IMG/VR virus record: IMGVR_UViG_3300042890_003920 | DNA length: 47,255 nucleotides | Direction: 5' to 3' (one strand) | Origin: a virus | Taxonomy: Duplodnaviria; Heunggongvirae; Uroviricota; Caudoviricetes | Part shown: positions 46,133-47,255 of the stretch, piece by piece | How positions within the stretch are numbered: the first letter of the stretch is position 1 | Layout: each line of letters opens with the position of its first letter | Notes under the pieces: generated by a model | The model's input: the letters and a program-made list of their open reading frames with translations, nothing else | Told to the model about the DNA's origin: nothing | Database searches by the model: none | Program-made: the position numbers and the translations under genes

Positions 46133-47014
46133 TTAGTTTATTGTCAATCTTTTTGTTGATGTTTTACCATCTTGTGTAATTTTTACAATATACATACCTG
46201 TTACTAAACTACTTACATTTAATTGACTTTGTATATTTTCTACTAAAACTTTTTTACCAACCATATCATAAATCTCTACATTTTTTGTAGAATTTATATC
46301 AGTTGTAATATTTAAAATGTTTTTTGTTGGGTTTGGATAAACTTGTAATCCAGAAATTTGATTTTGATTAGTAGATAGAACTAAGGCTCCATTTGATACT
46401 GTAAAATTATCGATTCTCCAAGCACCTGCTGCAGAATAGTTTGCCGCTGGTGTTGCTGCATAACCAACTGCTGAGTAATCTGATCCACTAGGATTAAAAA
46501 TTGATACTATTCTAAATGCAAATCCAGGTTGATTACTTGCATTAGATGGCATTATAAGTGTAACCATTGGTGTTGATGTAAACGAATTTGTTAATAATCC
46601 ACCATTGTTTCCGATTATAGTCCACGTATTACCACCGTTAATACTATATTCGTATTGTTGAAATCTTGATGAAGTATTTGAACCTCTTGGATCAAAGGTT
46701 ACGTTAATTGCATCTGTAAATCCAACAGTACTAACGTTAAATTGAAATCCTGCAGTACCTGATCCAGTTAATGTTAGTGGAAATGTTTTAATACTATATC
46801 CAAGATTAGTAGTTGCAGTACCATTACCTAATGGCATAGAACCAGCTGTATTAAGATTATCAACAACACCACCAATTGTTGTAAATGTTCCGCTACCAGT
46901 TGTTGGTATCATAGCAGCTGCGGGAGCTGTGTTGTCAAAGTTCCATTGTGCAATATTTTGTCCAAAAGAAATTGTTGTCATAAGTAAGACAACCATTGTT
47001 AAAAGTTTTTTCAT
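46133..47014 (-). CDS. T9SS type A sorting-domain protein, 293 aa
   Basis: Signal SFG|Q; CTD LQVYPNPTKNIL...IYDMVGKKV...LVTGMYIVKI...TKRLTIN. Confidence 0.9.
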   Translation of the reverse strand: MKKLLTMVVLLMTTISFGQNIAQWNFDNTAPAAAMIPTTGSGTFTTIGGVVDNLNTAGSMPLGNGTATTNLGYSIKTFPLTLTGSGTAGFQFNVSTVGFTDAINVTFDPRGSNTSSRFQQYEYSINGGNTWTIIGNNGGLLTNSFTSTPMVTLIMPSNASNQPGFAFRIVSIFNPSGSDYSAVGYAATPAANYSAAGAWRIDNFTVSNGALVLSTNQNQISGLQVYPNPTKNILNITTDINSTKNVEIYDMVGKKVLVENIQSQLNVSSLVTGMYIVKITQDGKTSTKRLTIN

Positions 47015-47085
47015 GTTTTTTGTTTTTATTTTTTTTACTTTCTTTATACAATTTGGATAGTAAAAGTTTAAAAACTTTATAAAAT

Positions 47086-47121
47086 AAAAAAGCCCCTAAC
47101 TACTCAAAGTTAAGGGTTTTT
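47086..47121. terminator. Intrinsic terminator
   Basis: AAAAAAGCCCCTAAC-TACTCAAA-GTTAAGGGTTTTT. Confidence 0.6.
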
Positions 47122-47255
47122 ATTTTGCGCTTATTTGTTTAAATTAAGGGGCTGAGATTATGCCATCTTGTAAGAATCTTTTGAAGAATTATTGTTTCTC
47201 TTCGTATCCACAATCTTTTGGATTGTAATTCTCATTGACGATTAGTTAGACTAAT

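Noticed and set aside
1-47255. Stop-codon reassignment as in some jumbo or Lak/crAss phages
   Set aside because: Known genes (mqo, purA, nadR, TBDR) are intact under code 11, and TAG ends several genes directly before terminators or next starts (5397, 22335, 27378, 27778).
47130-47255. Series of short hairpins and a 25-codon ORF (MRITIQK...SYKMA) at the window edge, possibly the end of a structured RNA or a tmRNA-like tag
   Set aside because: The stems are only about 5 bp in AT-rich DNA, there is no tRNA-like 3' end, and the context is truncated by the window.

Overview
Very AT-rich, densely coding 47-kb segment read with standard code 11, most consistent with a jumbo (T4-like lineage) bacteriophage infecting Bacteroidota, probably Flavobacteriaceae. 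No capsid, terminase or polymerase gene lies in the window, so the phage call is an inference. It rests on: at least 14 Bacteroidota TAnnTTTG promoters, intrinsic terminators, signal peptides cleaved before Gln, 8 genes with a T4-internal-protein-like N-terminal capsid-targeting motif, and tail-fibre-like genes. Contents: (i) 1-15.6 kb, small early genes mixed with putative virion-packaged proteins, including three paralogues of an uncharacterised 'SCMRY...GRALLW...MDR.YT...YPYMDT' family; (ii) a TonB-dependent receptor-PnuC-NadR operon, a candidate two-membrane NAD+-precursor import and salvage pathway; (iii) auxiliary genes mqo, purA, RNase H, a radical SAM enzyme, an ATP-grasp protein and a PaaK-like ligase; (iv) a 211-aa core-only HisRS preceded by an unannotated His-His-His leader peptide and terminator/antiterminator, followed by an atypical tRNA-Cys and an unexplained 83-nt GC-rich RNA ending in CCA; (v) a 10.5-kb adhesin/fibre operon with three alternative proteins sharing an N-terminal MIQSIIGTSF peptide, one a 1439-aa four-module LRR protein; (vi) two type IX secretion cargo proteins flanking an outer-membrane beta-barrel. 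At least 10 small proteins also share a C-terminal R-x-x-K-[IL]-x-x-[ILV]-L helix motif. All family assignments are from motif recognition by eye; no searches were run.
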